Below are positions 37,022 to 49,757 of a stretch of 64,000 bases of DNA, one piece after another. A model generated the notes under the pieces. It searched no databases. It saw nothing but the letters and a program-made list of their open reading frames with translations, and was not told where the DNA came from. Every line of letters begins with the position of its first letter. The stretch's first letter is position 1. The stretch is from Heteronotia binoei (taxonomy: Eukaryota): positions 8,494,001 through 8,558,000 of the forward strand of contig NC_083237.1 in assembly GCF_032191835.1 (NCBI RefSeq), given 5' to 3'. Position numbers and translations under genes: made by a program.

Positions 37022-37313
37022 CTGTGGTACCTTGTAAAGACGTAGGATGTTTGCCATATAGAAGGAAATATCAGAGTCAAGTCCCCCGATGATGGCCATT
37101 ACATTTTTATGCATGTCACATTCATAGTTTGGAAAGTATCTATGCAATTTGAACAACAGATCCAGAGTAGTACGATAAGTCATCCTCGCCTCATAGCAGC
37201 TGTCACAGATGTGGAACCCAAGAGTGTCATTGGGCAAGATCTTGGAATTTTTATTGATCTCATTGACTGCAAACTCCAAGGCCAGAACATGTTGGTAGAA
37301 CTTTGGCAGCACT
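37022..37313 (-). CDS. Vmn2r: V2R gene C, exon 2
   Basis: 292 bp, ttttag|A ... CAG|gtagg. Encodes KFYQHVLALEFAVNEIN...YKVPQ. Confidence 0.95.
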
Positions 37314-38442
37314 CTAAAAGGAGAGTTCAATGTCCTTAGCAGGAGAATTGTTTTGTGGGTCTAGGGGACTGTGCTTTTGCCATTGAAAAACTTAGCTGCA
37401 ATGTGTTTATTAGTGTTCAAACTTCTTTGCTTGCTTTGCTACACTATGGAGGCAGCTATATATCAGAATAAAGATTTGCTCCCACTTTGAGTTTCATGGC
37501 CTTCAGCTGAGAATATTCAGCATTTCAAGCCCTATCTCAGGAAATGCGTGGGTAAAGATCTTTTAAAAGGAAGTATTCCACAAAATCTCCATTGATCAAG
37601 CTTGAAAACTTCATAGCAGGCTACAATAAGAGCAACACTTAAACACCTTATTCTAACATTATCAGTACTTCATAAGTAGCTACCTAGGATGTACCATGAG
37701 GTACTACCACAGATTGTCTTTCACAGATTTTCTCATGCTTCACAATCTGTCATGCGCTTGAATCTGAAGTTTTTGTTACCTTCATTTTTGTCCAGTTTTT
37801 CACAACCTCATACATTTGCTCTGTATAGAATTTGCACACAGGGATGGATGTCTCTATTTTTGGAGAGGGGGCAAAGTTAAAAAATTTCACCCCCCCCCGC
37901 TACCCTCCCACCATGAAAACCTACCTATTTTTGGAGGGGAAAGGGGTGCTGTGGCACCCCCTTACTCTGGCACCCGGGGTAGCTGCCCCTTCTGCCCCCT
38001 GCTGCTCCGGCCTGCTTCTAACCACATAACAAGGAGGTGGTGGCGGCCACAAGTATAGCCACCTTCAAGAAGGGTTTAGATAAAAATATGGAGCACAGGT
38101 CCATCAGTGGCTATTAGCCACAGTGTATGTGTGTATATAAAATTTTTTGCCACTGTGTGACACAGAGTGTTGGACTTGATAGGCCGTTGGCCTGATCCAA
38201 CATGGCTTCTCTTATGTTCTTAACAATGTGGTGTGACATATTCTCCTCTGAAAATATCTCTTTATGCTCTCCACTCTCCAAACCCAGGGGAAAAAACCCC
38301 CTCATAATCAGAAAAGGAGACATGATTTAGGAAAGTAAGATCTGTAACAAAAGACAGCTTGTACATTCTTTGGCTAGCCTGAAGCATGTTAAAAAGACCA
38401 CTGTGTTTCAAAAGAAGCAAGAGAAAAATGGTGATTCCTTAC

Positions 38443-38669
38443 TGTGGTACCTTGAACAACTCCTGTGAAGGATGACAATCAAAAGTTATTTCATGGATGT
38501 GGGAAATGGTCAGAGAAGCAATCCCACCGATTAGGATATCCCCTGGCTGGTGCCATTCATGTAGAATAGGGAGAGAGTCCACCATGGGGCAACTTCTAGT
38601 TTCTGTTTCACATGCTGTTGGGAGTAAGTGCAACAGCACTGCAACCAGCCCAACCTCTGCAAGCATCAT
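38443..38669 (-). CDS. Vmn2r: V2R gene C, exon 1
   Basis: ATG at 38669, signal peptide MMLAEVGLVAVLLHLLPTAC, then HEWHQPGDILIGGIAS. Donor CA|gtaagg, phase 2. Confidence 0.93.
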
Positions 38670-39920
38670 GACTAGGGATCTAACATCTCCTGTGTCTGTC
38701 TACATCTTCAGCCTAATTTTATCAGGCTACCTCTACTCGGTCAACACACCTCTTAATTTAGTGTCTAAGCTACATCACCAATACAATGCAAATGCAGATC
38801 TTGAATGACAGCAGCAATTGCAAATTTTCTGAATTCAAGTCTGCTATCACAAGGCAGCTCGCACTGACAGAACCCTTGCCTATTCTATTCCATAAAGTCT
38901 TTGTGATGAAGGAAGTTTTTGTTACCATCTTCTGACTTGTTTATTAGTTTTTTTAGTCAAGGGAACGAATTGCAGAGATTTAATAATTGTGGACGGAGAT
39001 AATTGCCACTGTAGAGTTTGGAAAGCAAGATTTTTCCCAGAGTGGATCTCTAGTCTCACTTGTTACTTGAGTTAGGTTTGCAGGCTGCTCACTGGCAAAC
39101 AGGGGTGGGAGGGCATAGCAACAGAAGGACATAGTGCATAACCGTGCTTCTGGCAAATACCAGAACTGACATCAAAATGCTAGTATGATGTCATGGTGAC
39201 CCTCTAGGATATGTGCAATACATGTCATCATGATGGCAATGAGACATCACTTCTGGGTATTCACCAGAAGTGACATTACGCCTCTTGTGTAATTCTATTT
39301 CTTTAAAAAATACCAATGGCTGCTTACTGATGGGTGGTTTAAGCTGTCCTGGAGACGGCAGGCAGGAAGATCTCAAAAAACATGTCTACACGTACACATC
39401 TGGCTGCCATCCCCATCCCGTACCTACCTTGTCCTTGGCCGGATGGGAGCCGCCTCAGAAAGTGGCAGATCTCTCTACACAGTGGAATGTGAAACAAGAA
39501 GTCACTTTCAGGTTTTCATTGTGAGCAATTTCTAACTATATTGATTTATGTGAAGTCAAATTCTAAGCATGTTTCTTCAACCCAATTGAATTCCATTAAA
39601 CTAACTTGCTTGCACTTCCAAAGTGGTACCTAAATTCTGAGGCGGCTCTGAGGTGCTGCCCTGGCCTTCTGGACAGGTGGGAAGTGCCCAGGGAGTGGCT
39701 GATGGGCGCACAAGTGCTGTGGACACTCCTCCACAGGGGATGGGCCATGTGTCCTCTGGATGTTACCAGGCACTCCTTTTCTGGTCGTCTCCCTTCCGGG
39801 TCGGCTTGATGCCACCCTGAGCTGGCCACCTGTTAGTAGCCAACGAGTCACAAAAAGGGGGACCAGATCTCTCTAAACTTAGTGGAATGTGAAGCAAGAA
39901 GTCACTTTCAGGTTTTCATT

Positions 39921-40207
39921 GGGCGTTTTCGCACTGACCTTCAAGTGGTGCGACCACCCTCCTCACGCCGGCGGATCTGCAGGGATTTTGCACCAGAAGC
40001 GCCGGCGCACCCAAAAGAGCCGTCGACTTCTGTCGTGAAACCAGCTCAAACGGAAACCGCCAAGAAGCAGGAAAACGTTTGAGCTGGTTTCGCGACGGAA
40101 GTCGCCGGCTCTTTTGGGTGCGCCGGCGCTTCTGGTGCGAAATCCCTGCAGATCCGCCGGCGTGAGGAGGGTGGTCGCACCACTTGAAGGTCAGTGCGAA
40201 AACGCCC
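39921..40207. mobile_element. Fold-back MITE, Harbinger/PIF-like (3-bp TSD ATT, confirmed by an empty paralogous site)
   Basis: GGGCGTTTTCGCACTGACCTT...AAGGTCAGTGCGAAAACGCCC. Empty site at about 39520. Confidence 0.92.
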
Positions 40208-41370
40208 ATTGTGAGCAATTTCTAACTATATTGATTTATGTGAAGTCAAATTCTAAGCATGTTTCTTCAACCCAATTGAATTCCATTAAACTAACTTGCT
40301 TGCACATCTTCTTAGTGGTAGACAGGCACTGGGCTGCAATGTATTTACCTGTTGGGGGGCTGGTTGTGTGCTGAGGAAGGGCGATACAGAGATCTGTTCC
40401 CTTGGAGCAAATGACGGCTTTGGAGTATGGGCTCTATGGATTTATTCCCTGAACCACCACACCATATTGGCTCTCTTGCAGTACACAGCCTTGCTATGTC
40501 TACTGCCCCCATGAATTACTCCAGTGTTCTGTACACAGGGACATTGTACAGTCCTTCACTTCCAACACTTAGGAACATATCCTTGTTTATTTATTTAAAC
40601 ACTTGTATCCCACCTGTCCGCAGTTACTGAAAGCAACTTGTCAGTGCTGAAAAGAAGACCATGCCCTATATTGTTTTTAATTATGGGGAAGGTGAGGGAG
40701 TTTAGTTGCTTCCAAAATCCATGACGTAACAATTCCCCCCCCCAATATTGTGGCATTCCAAAAACATTACCCCCCCCCCCCACTCCCCTCTTTCTTGCCA
40801 TCAGCTCACAGTCCTATTATGGAGACCACATAATAATTTTTCAAGGCAAGATTTGGCTTGCTATTGCCTTAAAACCCTGTGAGCAACCCGGGACTCCTTT
40901 GCTGGTCTCCCATCCAAACACTAACCAGGGCTGATTCGGAGTAGATTCTGAGCTCTGATGAGATCATGCGAGTCTTGGTGGTGGTAGTGGTGGAAAGTGC
41001 TATCAAATCACAACTGACTTGTGGTGACCCAGTGATGTTATCAAGGCAGGAAACTCAGGGTGGGCATTGGCTAGCATTTGCATTAGAGACCTCCAAGGAA
41101 TTCTGGGGTCATTCCATGCAGGCAGGTAAAGGCAAACCATGAACAATGCACAGGAGCTTCTCTTAGTCCCAGTAAAACTGTGCACAAAAAACAGAGGCAA
41201 ACACATTATTGGGAGGCAAGGTGTTGTGGTATTGCTCAGTGTTATCAGCTCTCAGAAGCTAAGCAGGGTGAGTACACGGATGAGAGTCCACCAACACAAT
41301 AACTAATCACCTCTGCTTCTCAATTGCTGTAGTTTAAAAAAAAAAATACAAAACCCCTGTTGGCCTAGGA

Positions 41371-41681
41371 GTGAGAGGAAAGGAAAGGTCCCCTGTTCAA
41401 GCACCAGTCGTTTCTGACTCTGGGGTGACGTTGCTTTCACAACGTTTTCACGGCAGACTTTTTATGGGGTGGTTTGCCATTGCCTTCCCCAGTCATCTAC
41501 ACTCCCCCCCCCCCCCCCAGCAAGCTGAGTACTCATTTTACCAACCTCGGAAGGATGGAAGGCTGAGTCAACCTCTAGCCGGCTACCTGAAAACCCAGCT
41601 TCTGCCAGGGATCGAACTCAGATCATTAGCAGAGCTTAGGACTGCAGTACTACAGCTTTAACACTCTGCGCCACGGGGCTC
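41371..41681 (-). mobile_element. Sauria-type SINE (RTE/Bov-B-like tail)
   Basis: Typical GGGAAGGCAATGGCAAACCACCCC tail read on the minus strand. TSD TTGGCCTAGG. Confidence 0.85.
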
Positions 41682-43073
41682 TTGGCCTAGGGAAGAAGAA
41701 GACATTGGATTTATATCCCCCCCCCCAGTCAAGAGTCTCAGAGCGGCTCACAATCTCCTTTATCTCCCTCCCCCACAACAGACACCCTGTGAGGTGGATG
41801 GGGCTGAGAGGACTCTCACAGCAGCTGCCCTTTCAAGGACAACCTCTGCCAGAGCTATGGCTGGGGGTGGGGGTATAGCAATTTCAAAAGGACTAATACA
41901 GTTAAACTCTGGCAAAATCTGCCATGTTGAAACCCTGTTACTATTGTGCTTAATGTGCAGCTGAACTAGCAACACTGAACCTACAAAATCTCATCCTTGT
42001 GTGAAAGACTCCTATGAAAAGGGGAGGAGTCAGAGGGGACAGAAACCTCACTAAACTCAGAAGCCCAGTGGTGCAGAGTGGTAAAGTTGCAGTACTGCAG
42101 TCCAAACTCTCTGCTCATGACCTGAGTTCGATCCTGGTGGAAGCTGGGTTCTAGCTGGCTCAAGGTTGACTCAGCCTTCCATCCTTCTGAGGCCGGTAAA
42201 ATGAGTACCAAGCTTGCTGAGGGGGAAGTGTAGATGACTGGGGAAGGCAATGGCAAACCACCCCGTAAAAAAGTCTTCTGTTAAAATGTTGTGATGCGAC
42301 GTCACCCCAGAGTCGGAATCAACAGGTGCTTGCACAAGAGACAAACTTTACCTTTTTAGCCTATTCCTGTTTTATTAGTAATTATTTTAAAGATGCCAAA
42401 CCCAGAACTGGAAGCCATTTGGTGGTAAAGGAGGACATATGTTTGTCCTTGTGTTGTCTGTCCATGTGGTTATGTGTTTGTGTTTTACTTAACATTTCTA
42501 TATATACAATTCTTTCCAAATTTTAAATATTTTTAAAATGTTTTGATTGTTTGTCTCCTTGGAAGCCCTAAACTGGGTGGAAAGGTGGCATAAAATATTT
42601 TAAATAGATAAAACATAATGCATTCACAGTAATATTGTGGAAAATGTCCAAAGCAATACTCATGATGCCTCCATGACAATTACAAGCATATTTTAAGAGC
42701 CATAATTCTCTTTAACAAATGCACCAGATTCAACCTCATTCCTATAGGTTATCAGTAAATGTGAAATACATGAGAGAGAAATACTGAAATGTAGACAAAA
42801 ATATGATCCCTGGATTAAATGAGTACAGTTATTATGAAGGATTAAGCATAAATTCATCTGCAATACAAGAAACCTTTTCCTAGGAATCAGTCCCATTTAT
42901 TAACATTACTTCTGATCAGAGCTATTTGGGATTGCCCTTTAAACGTTACAAACTACATTTAGGAGAATACATAGCTGGGGGGATTACCTCATCACATATT
43001 TTATCTTCCATTTTTATGTTTAATTAATCATATATAATGTATTTAAAGTTACGTAGTACTGTGGCGAGACTCT

Positions 43074-43975
43074 TTAATTCTTTCTCTTTATTAGCTGCTC
43101 CTTTCTGTTCAGCTCTGGTCTCAGCACAATAATATAACATTTTGGGAAAAAAATACAACCCAGTAATGCTGCACTTGAAGCCAAGATAGAGAAGATCTCT
43201 ACAGCTACCATATACTTCCCTTTGGTGCTCAGGTAGGTTGGAACAAAAGACAACCAAACACTACAAAATATCACCATGCTGAAGGTGATGAACTTGGCCT
43301 CATTAAAACTGTCAGGTAAATTCCTGGCTAGGAAAGCTACTGTTAAACTGATGATAGACAGAAATCCCATATAGCCCAAAGTAATATAAAACATGGTGAC
43401 AGAACCTTCATTGCATTCTGCCACTATCTCTTCATTCAGTGACTGCATGTCCAACTGTGGGAAAGGTGGAGATGTTCCTAGCCACACTATACAAATGACT
43501 CCTTGAAGAAGGGAACAGGAAAGGATGATGGAATTGGTCAGCCTTTTCCCTACCCACTTTCTCATCCTGCATCCAGGTTTGGTGGCCGTGAAAGCTACAA
43601 CCACAGTGACTGTTTTGGCCAACACACAGGAAACAGCCACTACAAAGATGATTCCAAAAGCGGACTGTCGAAGAAAGCAGGTCATCTTCATAGGGTATCC
43701 GAGAAATAAGAAAGAACAGATGAAACAGAGTAGAAGGGAAACAAGAAGGGCATAAGTGATGTCCCAGTTGTTCGCTTTCACTATGGGGGTATCTCTGTGC
43801 TTAATAAAAATTCCCAGAACCAAGACTGTGATCAGGGAATAAGAAACCGTAATGGACCCTAAACTAACTCCTAAAGGCTCTTCATAGGACAAATAACTTA
43901 TCTTCTTGAGGATACATTGATCTTGGTCATTGCTTGGATACTGATCTTTTGGGCAACTCATACAGTCATCCGAGT
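43074..43975 (-). CDS. Vmn2r: V2R gene D, exon 6 (7TM)
   Basis: 902 bp, ttcag|AC ... TAA. Exons sum to 2628 nt, giving 875 aa. Confidence 0.96.
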
Positions 43976-44696
43976 CTGAAACAAAAACGAAAGAACACAG
44001 TGCTAATTCAAGTGAGATTTTAAGATGATTAAAATATTCACATTTGAAAAGAGATCTCTGTGGGAAAGGACCACTTTTAACTACTATTATTTATGTGCTT
44101 GAAGTAGATATTAGTATTTAGGGGGATTGCCCAATCAGTCTGCATACCCATTATATCAACTTGGTTACATATTTTATATTATTATTTTCTTCTTGTATGT
44201 AACTCAGCCATACAATAAATAAATACGTGTTTGAAAGTTATTAGAAAAGGCATTTGATATTATTAAATTTCCATATAATTATTAATTCCCGTACGTGTAT
44301 AGAACATTTTAACTCCAAATACAGTTTCAGTTTACTTTATGACCAGAGGCACAGAACAAACAGCAGCAAAACAGATTATTAAAGACATGAGTATATAAAA
44401 TAAAAACAAAAGATTAAACATTGATACAAATAACAACAATCCAAATACATTTGTCTTATCTGAGCAATTCTGGAAAGGCAACAAGATGATTTCTTCCCAT
44501 AAATGAATAATAAAAAAAATGTGCTGGCTTATACATATCATTCTAATCCTGGCCTTTAAGGGACTTAGAACAGCTCCAAAAATATTGTGATGCTAAAGAT
44601 GTTGTGATACCACTGAAGTTCTTATTTGCCATAGTCAGAATATGAAATTTTGTGTTTTACCTCACCTTTGAGATTAGCATTACAGCCCACCAGTTA

Positions 44697-45414
44697 ACAT
44701 AAGAGAAGCCATGTTGGATCAGGCCAATGGCCCATCCAGTCCAACACTCTGTGTCACATAAGAATATAAGAGAAGCCATGTTGGATCAGGCCAAAGGCCC
44801 ATCCAGTCCAACACTCTGTGTCAATAAGAACATAAGAGAAGCCATGTTGGATCAGGCCAATGGGCCATCCAGTCCAACACTCTGTGTCACATAAGAACAT
44901 AAGAGAAGCCATGTTGGATCAGGCCAATGGGCCATCCAGTCCAACATTCTGTGTCACATAAGAACATAAGAGAAGCCATGTTGGATCAGGCCAATGGCCC
45001 ATCCAGTCCAACACTCTGTGTCACACAGTGGCCAAAAAAATTATATATATATATACATGCACACACAAATATATACACACTGTGGCTAATAGCCACTGAT
45101 GGACCTCTGCTCCATATTTTTATCTAACCCCCTCTTGAAGCTGTTTATGCTTGTAGCCGCCACCACCTCCTGTGGTAGTGAATTCCACATGTTAATCACC
45201 CTTTGGGTGAAGAAGTACTTCCTTTTATCCATTTTAACACAATTTCATTGAATGCTCACGAATTCTTGTAGTATGAGAAAGGGAGAAAAGGACTTCTTTC
45301 TCTACCTTCTCTGTCCCATGCATTATTTTGTAAACCTCTATCATGTCACCCTGCAGTTGACGTTTCTCCAAGCTAAAGAGCCCGTTTTAACCTTTCTTCA
45401 TAGGGAAAGTGTTC
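44697..45414 (-). mobile_element. CR1 3' fragment whose terminal 67 bp or so is repeated five times
   Basis: Five direct units ATAAGAGAAGCCATGTTGGATCAGGCC...CTGTGTCAC at 44697-45025, then CR1 3' UTR and the end of ORF2. Confidence 0.93.
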
Positions 45415-46029
45415 TTCTGTATCTCATACTGTAATCTGTACAAGCAGGGCTGGCCCTGCCGTTAGGCAAACTAGGTGATCGCCTAGAGTGCCGGACTTCT
45501 GGGAGCACCAAATTGGGTGCCCCCTATGTGACTTGGTGATGTTATCAGTATGGGGGTGGGCACCAGAAGTTAGTCTCTCCTAGGGTACCAGACAGCCTTT
45601 GGCTGGCCCCGTGTACAGTAGAGTTCCTTCTTTTTAGTCCTCCTAATTTCTCTCTGCTCAGGTGGGTGCTGAGGCAAAGGCATGTAGAAGATGGAAAGGA
45701 CAGCTTTTAAAGGGGCCTAGACAGATCTGTGGGTAGGGTTGCCAGGAGAGATCCATCAATGGCTAATAGCCATTATGAGTAAAGGAAGCCTGCATTTTAA
45801 GAGGCAGCAAACTGCTGAATATTAATGCTAAGATGTAGCATCTGAGAAAGGCCTTGTCCTCTATGCTGCTCGGCTGCTATGTAAAACAAGCTGTTGGACT
45901 ATATAGACCATTGTTTTGATCCAGAAGGCTCTTCATATGATAATAAATGATGTGATTCAGCCTAATAGAGCTTAAGGTTTTCATGTGTTTTTAGTCACGG
46001 ATGTCTTAGAATTCTTTGTTTCCCTACTC

Positions 46030-46165
46030 CAGGGGTGGCCAACGGTAGCTCTTCAGATGTTTTTTGCCTACAACTCCCATCAGCCCCGGCCAGCATGGTC
46101 AATTGCTGGGGCTGATGGGAGTCGTAGGCAAAAAACATGTGCAGAGCTACCATTGGCCATCCCTG
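46030..46165. mobile_element. hAT-type MITE, same family as the nested element
   Basis: TIRs CAGGGGTGGCCAA and TTGGCCATCCCTG. 8-bp TSD CCCTACTC/CTCTACTC. Confidence 0.8.
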
Positions 46166-46373
46166 CTCTACTCTATTGTCAGTAAAAATTTGGTTCATAT
46201 TTTCTTGAACAATGATTGATTTTCCATCACTTAAATTTCCATCACTTCCCTTGGATACCTATAGCTGATTACACTGGAATGGAAAGCATTTGGTTTGAGG
46301 GAATAATTTCCTCAGTTTCTGGGCCTGTGTAGAAATCCTTCTAAACATTTGAAAGGCTAACAGAGAACACTGA

Positions 46374-46660
46374 CGGCGTTTTCGCACAGGGCTTACCCCG
46401 GAGCGACGTCCCTCTTCACCGCGCAGCGTCTGCGCGGATTTTGCACCAACTGCTCCGCAGAACCCAGAAGAGCCGTGAAGAGCTGCGGCTTTTGCGTCGC
46501 AAATGTAAAGTTGGTTTTTGGCGGTTTACATTTGCGACGCAAAAGCCACGGCACTACGCGGCTCTTCTGGGTTCTGCGGAGCAGTTGGTGCGAAATCCGT
46601 GCAGACACTGCGCGGTGAAGAGGGACGTCGCTCCGGGGTAAGCCCTGTGTGAAAACGCCC
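46374..46660. mobile_element. Fold-back MITE, Harbinger/PIF-like (TSD TGA/TAA)
   Basis: Interior nearly identical to 10893-11179. Confidence 0.85.
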
Positions 46661-46831
46661 TAAGTTACTTTAAGGATTCGAAAAATTGCCATCAGAAGGT
46701 ACCCTGAATGCTGGGAAATGTGTTGCACTAACAGTTCCATCATAAGCAAAGTTACCCTTTTCTATGTCCACTGAAGTGAATATGTTTAGAAGCGTATAAC
46801 GCAGTTTAGATTGGCAATGTTAACCACCTAC

Positions 46832-46958
46832 CCTTCTGGTCTGAAATCTTCTCTTTTGGGCAAGGAATACAATTGTAGCAGCAAAATTTTTCCCCTTCCC
46901 TCTTTTTCTTCTGATAACCAGGCTGACAGTAATCATTGCACATTGAAAGGGGCAGCCC
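46832..46958 (-). CDS. Vmn2r: V2R gene D, exon 5
   Basis: 127 bp, gctag|GGG ... G|gtaggt. Encodes GLPLSMCNDYCQPGY...FCCYNCIPC. Confidence 0.92.
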
Positions 46959-47031
46959 CTAGCAAGAAACATGAAATAAGCTTCAGAAGGGGGGAATTAG
47001 ATATTTTATAGTTCATCAGCTGAGGGACGAG

Positions 47032-47381
47032 TAGGGTTGCCAGGTCTGCATTGGAAAATACCTGGAGACTTTGGGGGTGGATCCAGGAGAGGGTAAAGTT
47101 TGGGGATGGGAGGGACCTCAGCATGGTACAATGCCATAGAGCAGGGGTGGCCAACGGAACCTCTCCAGATGTTTTTTTGCCTACAACTCCCATCAGCTCC
47201 AGCCAGCATGGCCAATGGCTGAGGCTGAAGGGAGTTGTAGGCAAAAAAATCTGGAGAGCTACCATTGGCCACCCTTGCCATAGAGTCCATCATTTTCTCC
47301 AGGGAAGCTGATTTCTGCCTGCTGGAGATCAGTTGTAAAATCAGGGGATCTCCAGGCCTCACCTGAAGGCTGGCAACCCTA
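47032..47381. mobile_element. hAT-type MITE (TAGGGTTGCCA TIRs) containing a nested hAT MITE at 47142-47277
   Basis: Inner element CAGGGGTGGCCAA...TTGGCCACCCTTG has a perfect 8-bp TSD CCATAGAG. Outer TSD matches 6 of 8. Confidence 0.85.
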
Positions 47382-47483
47382 GGTACAAGTTTGAAAAATG
47401 AATAACTGACATGGAAGTCAACAGAACATTCTGTAAAACAATAGTTTGCTGGAATTGTGCCTGATATGCTTTAGAATGAATAC

Positions 47484-47711
47484 CTCATTGAAAGTCATTT
47501 GCCACACAATCATATCCTCTTGAATGCTGAACCCATTTTCTCCAATAATGTTTGGATTCGCCCTTCCAATTTTCACTCTAACGAAAGACTTGTTTGGGAA
47601 TGTTATCAGGTTTATAATGTCAAAGCCTGCTCCCATTTTTCTCTTTCGATCCAAAGACACTGTTTCTCCAGCTGAGTTGTTAAAAGAAATGCCTTGAAGG
47701 AAAGTATGGAG
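47484..47711 (-). CDS. Vmn2r: V2R gene D, exon 4
   Basis: 228 bp, ctagcag|CTC ... GAG|gtattc. Encodes LHTFLQGISFNNSAGE...WQMTFNE. Confidence 0.92.
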
Positions 47712-47899
47712 CTGCTAGAAAGAACAAAGGAAAAAACAAAATGAAGAGATGATTATCAGAGTCTTTATGATAAGATCTACAATAGATTACCAATTAATAA
47801 CATGTACAACATAATTTGGTCAGTTAATGCAAAGTTAAACAACTTCTCTGTATATAACTTGTTTGTGCTTATGAAGTCATTGCATTGTGGAAACATTAC

Positions 47900-48763
47900 C
47901 TGCCAAGGCTTTAAATCTTGAAGTTCTGTTTTTTTACTATTCATAATTTTTCTGTGTTTTGATTTGAGAGACTCCATGGCATGAATAGCATGAGCAATGG
48001 TATAGACTGCATTGTAGATGCTATAGCTGTGGCCACTCATGTTCATTTCAAAAAGAGACCCAGGAAGACTCTCCAGCTTTTCATTCCCAGTACATATTTC
48101 CTCATCTTCTACCTCACCCTGGGGGTCTGAATACAAACAATCAAAGGCTTGTTCCCAGAAGACCTTGATAAAACCATCTCCATGAACCCCATAAGGTCTG
48201 ATATCTTGAAGAAAATTTTGGAAGCCTGAAATCCCCTGTGAGTGAATCATGAAAGAAATGGCACCATGAAAGAATTGGAAACCCCAACTCTTTTGAAGTC
48301 CTGTTAGTGCAAAGTCGATCTGGGCCGTCATAATCCACACCTTTCTCAATGAAGTCTCTTCCTCATATGCAGGACTGATTACAAACATAAAAGTGATCAG
48401 GGCTAAAATAGTCCTGGATTCTCCATAGATAATATACACGCTGGCTTTGCCATCTGCAAAATGTAGATATATACTGAAGATTAGTTTGTTAATGTCATTC
48501 AAATCACTCCAACGTGCTTGGTTTGGGATTCTTCCTGCAAATTCCAAACAGATTCCATGTTTGGGAAGCAACGACTCTAGATTCCGTAAGAAATGTTCTC
48601 CACTCTCATCATCTGTAGCAAAGAGTCCAACCCATGTCCATCTGAAATGCTGCAGTAAGTGGATGATCCCCATATACTGATGGGATTCATTGGGGACCAT
48701 ACAGTAAAAGGGAAGGAATTCTGTTGAACCCCTCCCCTCTGGGGCAAATGATCCATAAGCAAT
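47900..48763 (-). CDS. Vmn2r: V2R gene D, exon 3
   Basis: 864 bp, open frame, cccag|ATT ... CAG|gtaatg. Confidence 0.95.
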
Positions 48764-49287
48764 CTGGGACAAAATATGCAGGCATTTTAGAAATGAGTTG
48801 GGAAAGTGGCTGTGTGCATATGCTTTATCATTCAGCGTGCTTTTTTTCTTGTGCATTTTGTATGTTAAAGTAAAAGAAGCTTCTTGTTGAACTTATGGAA
48901 ATCTCTTCTGGCCAACTGTTTCGAGGAAGAAATCTGCCCAAATACACAGTGTGCTATCCTGGGGTGGATTCGATCTTCCTCCAAGAAGCCCCCTCCCCCA
49001 TAAGAAGCCTTCTGCAAACAGAAGTGACGAATTAGAGAAAGAGCCAGTTAATTAGGAGGAACACAATTTTGACTGGAAGAATGTTCAGTCATGTTGGTAG
49101 AATAGGAGTAGAGTCTACCCTGGTACCACTCCCTGTCAGATAACAGAGACCCTGCTGTGACTCACACAAGACTTATTTTTTTCCATCCATAGTTATTTCC
49201 CCTTCTGAATCACAAAGTAACTCCCAGAAAGAAAAAAAGAAATAGTACATTTGGGAAATTGCTCATACCACTGTGCACGTATCCTAC

Positions 49288-49579
49288 CTGTGGAATCTTG
49301 TAGAGAGCCAAGATGTGGCCCACCTGGAAGGAGATATCAAAGCTAAGTCCTCCAATGACTGCCATTAGGTTATTATGGGCGCCACATTCATAGTTTGGAA
49401 TATATCTGTGCAGTTTAAACAGCAGGTCCAGAGTGGTGCGACAGGTCATTTGGACATCATGGTAGCTGTCATAGATGTGGAGCCCAAGAGTGACATTGGG
49501 CAGAATCTTGGGATTCTCATTGATCTCATTTATGGCAAACACCAAGGCCAGGACATGTTGATAGAGCTTTGGCAGCATA
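49288..49579 (-). CDS. Vmn2r: V2R gene D, exon 2
   Basis: 292 bp, tttaaag|T ... CAG|gtagg. Encodes KLYQHVLALVFAINEINENPKILPNVTLG...YKIPQ. Confidence 0.95.
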
Positions 49580-49757
49580 CTTTAAAAAAAAACCCGGTTA
49601 AATGCTTTCTATAGGAGAATTATGTCATTTTAGCAGAACTTCCGTCAATTTTGGCACTCATTTTGTCATCTCAGTGAAAGGATATGCCCTCATTTGTTCC
49701 TGTTGTGGGCTTAGGTGAAGATTTTTTGTTTTAAATGTTGCTAGTGTGAGTTATTAA

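Noticed and set aside
44697-45025. CRISPR-like array of regular direct repeats
   Set aside because: There are no unique spacers, the units are CR1 3' UTR sequence, and the context is eukaryotic.
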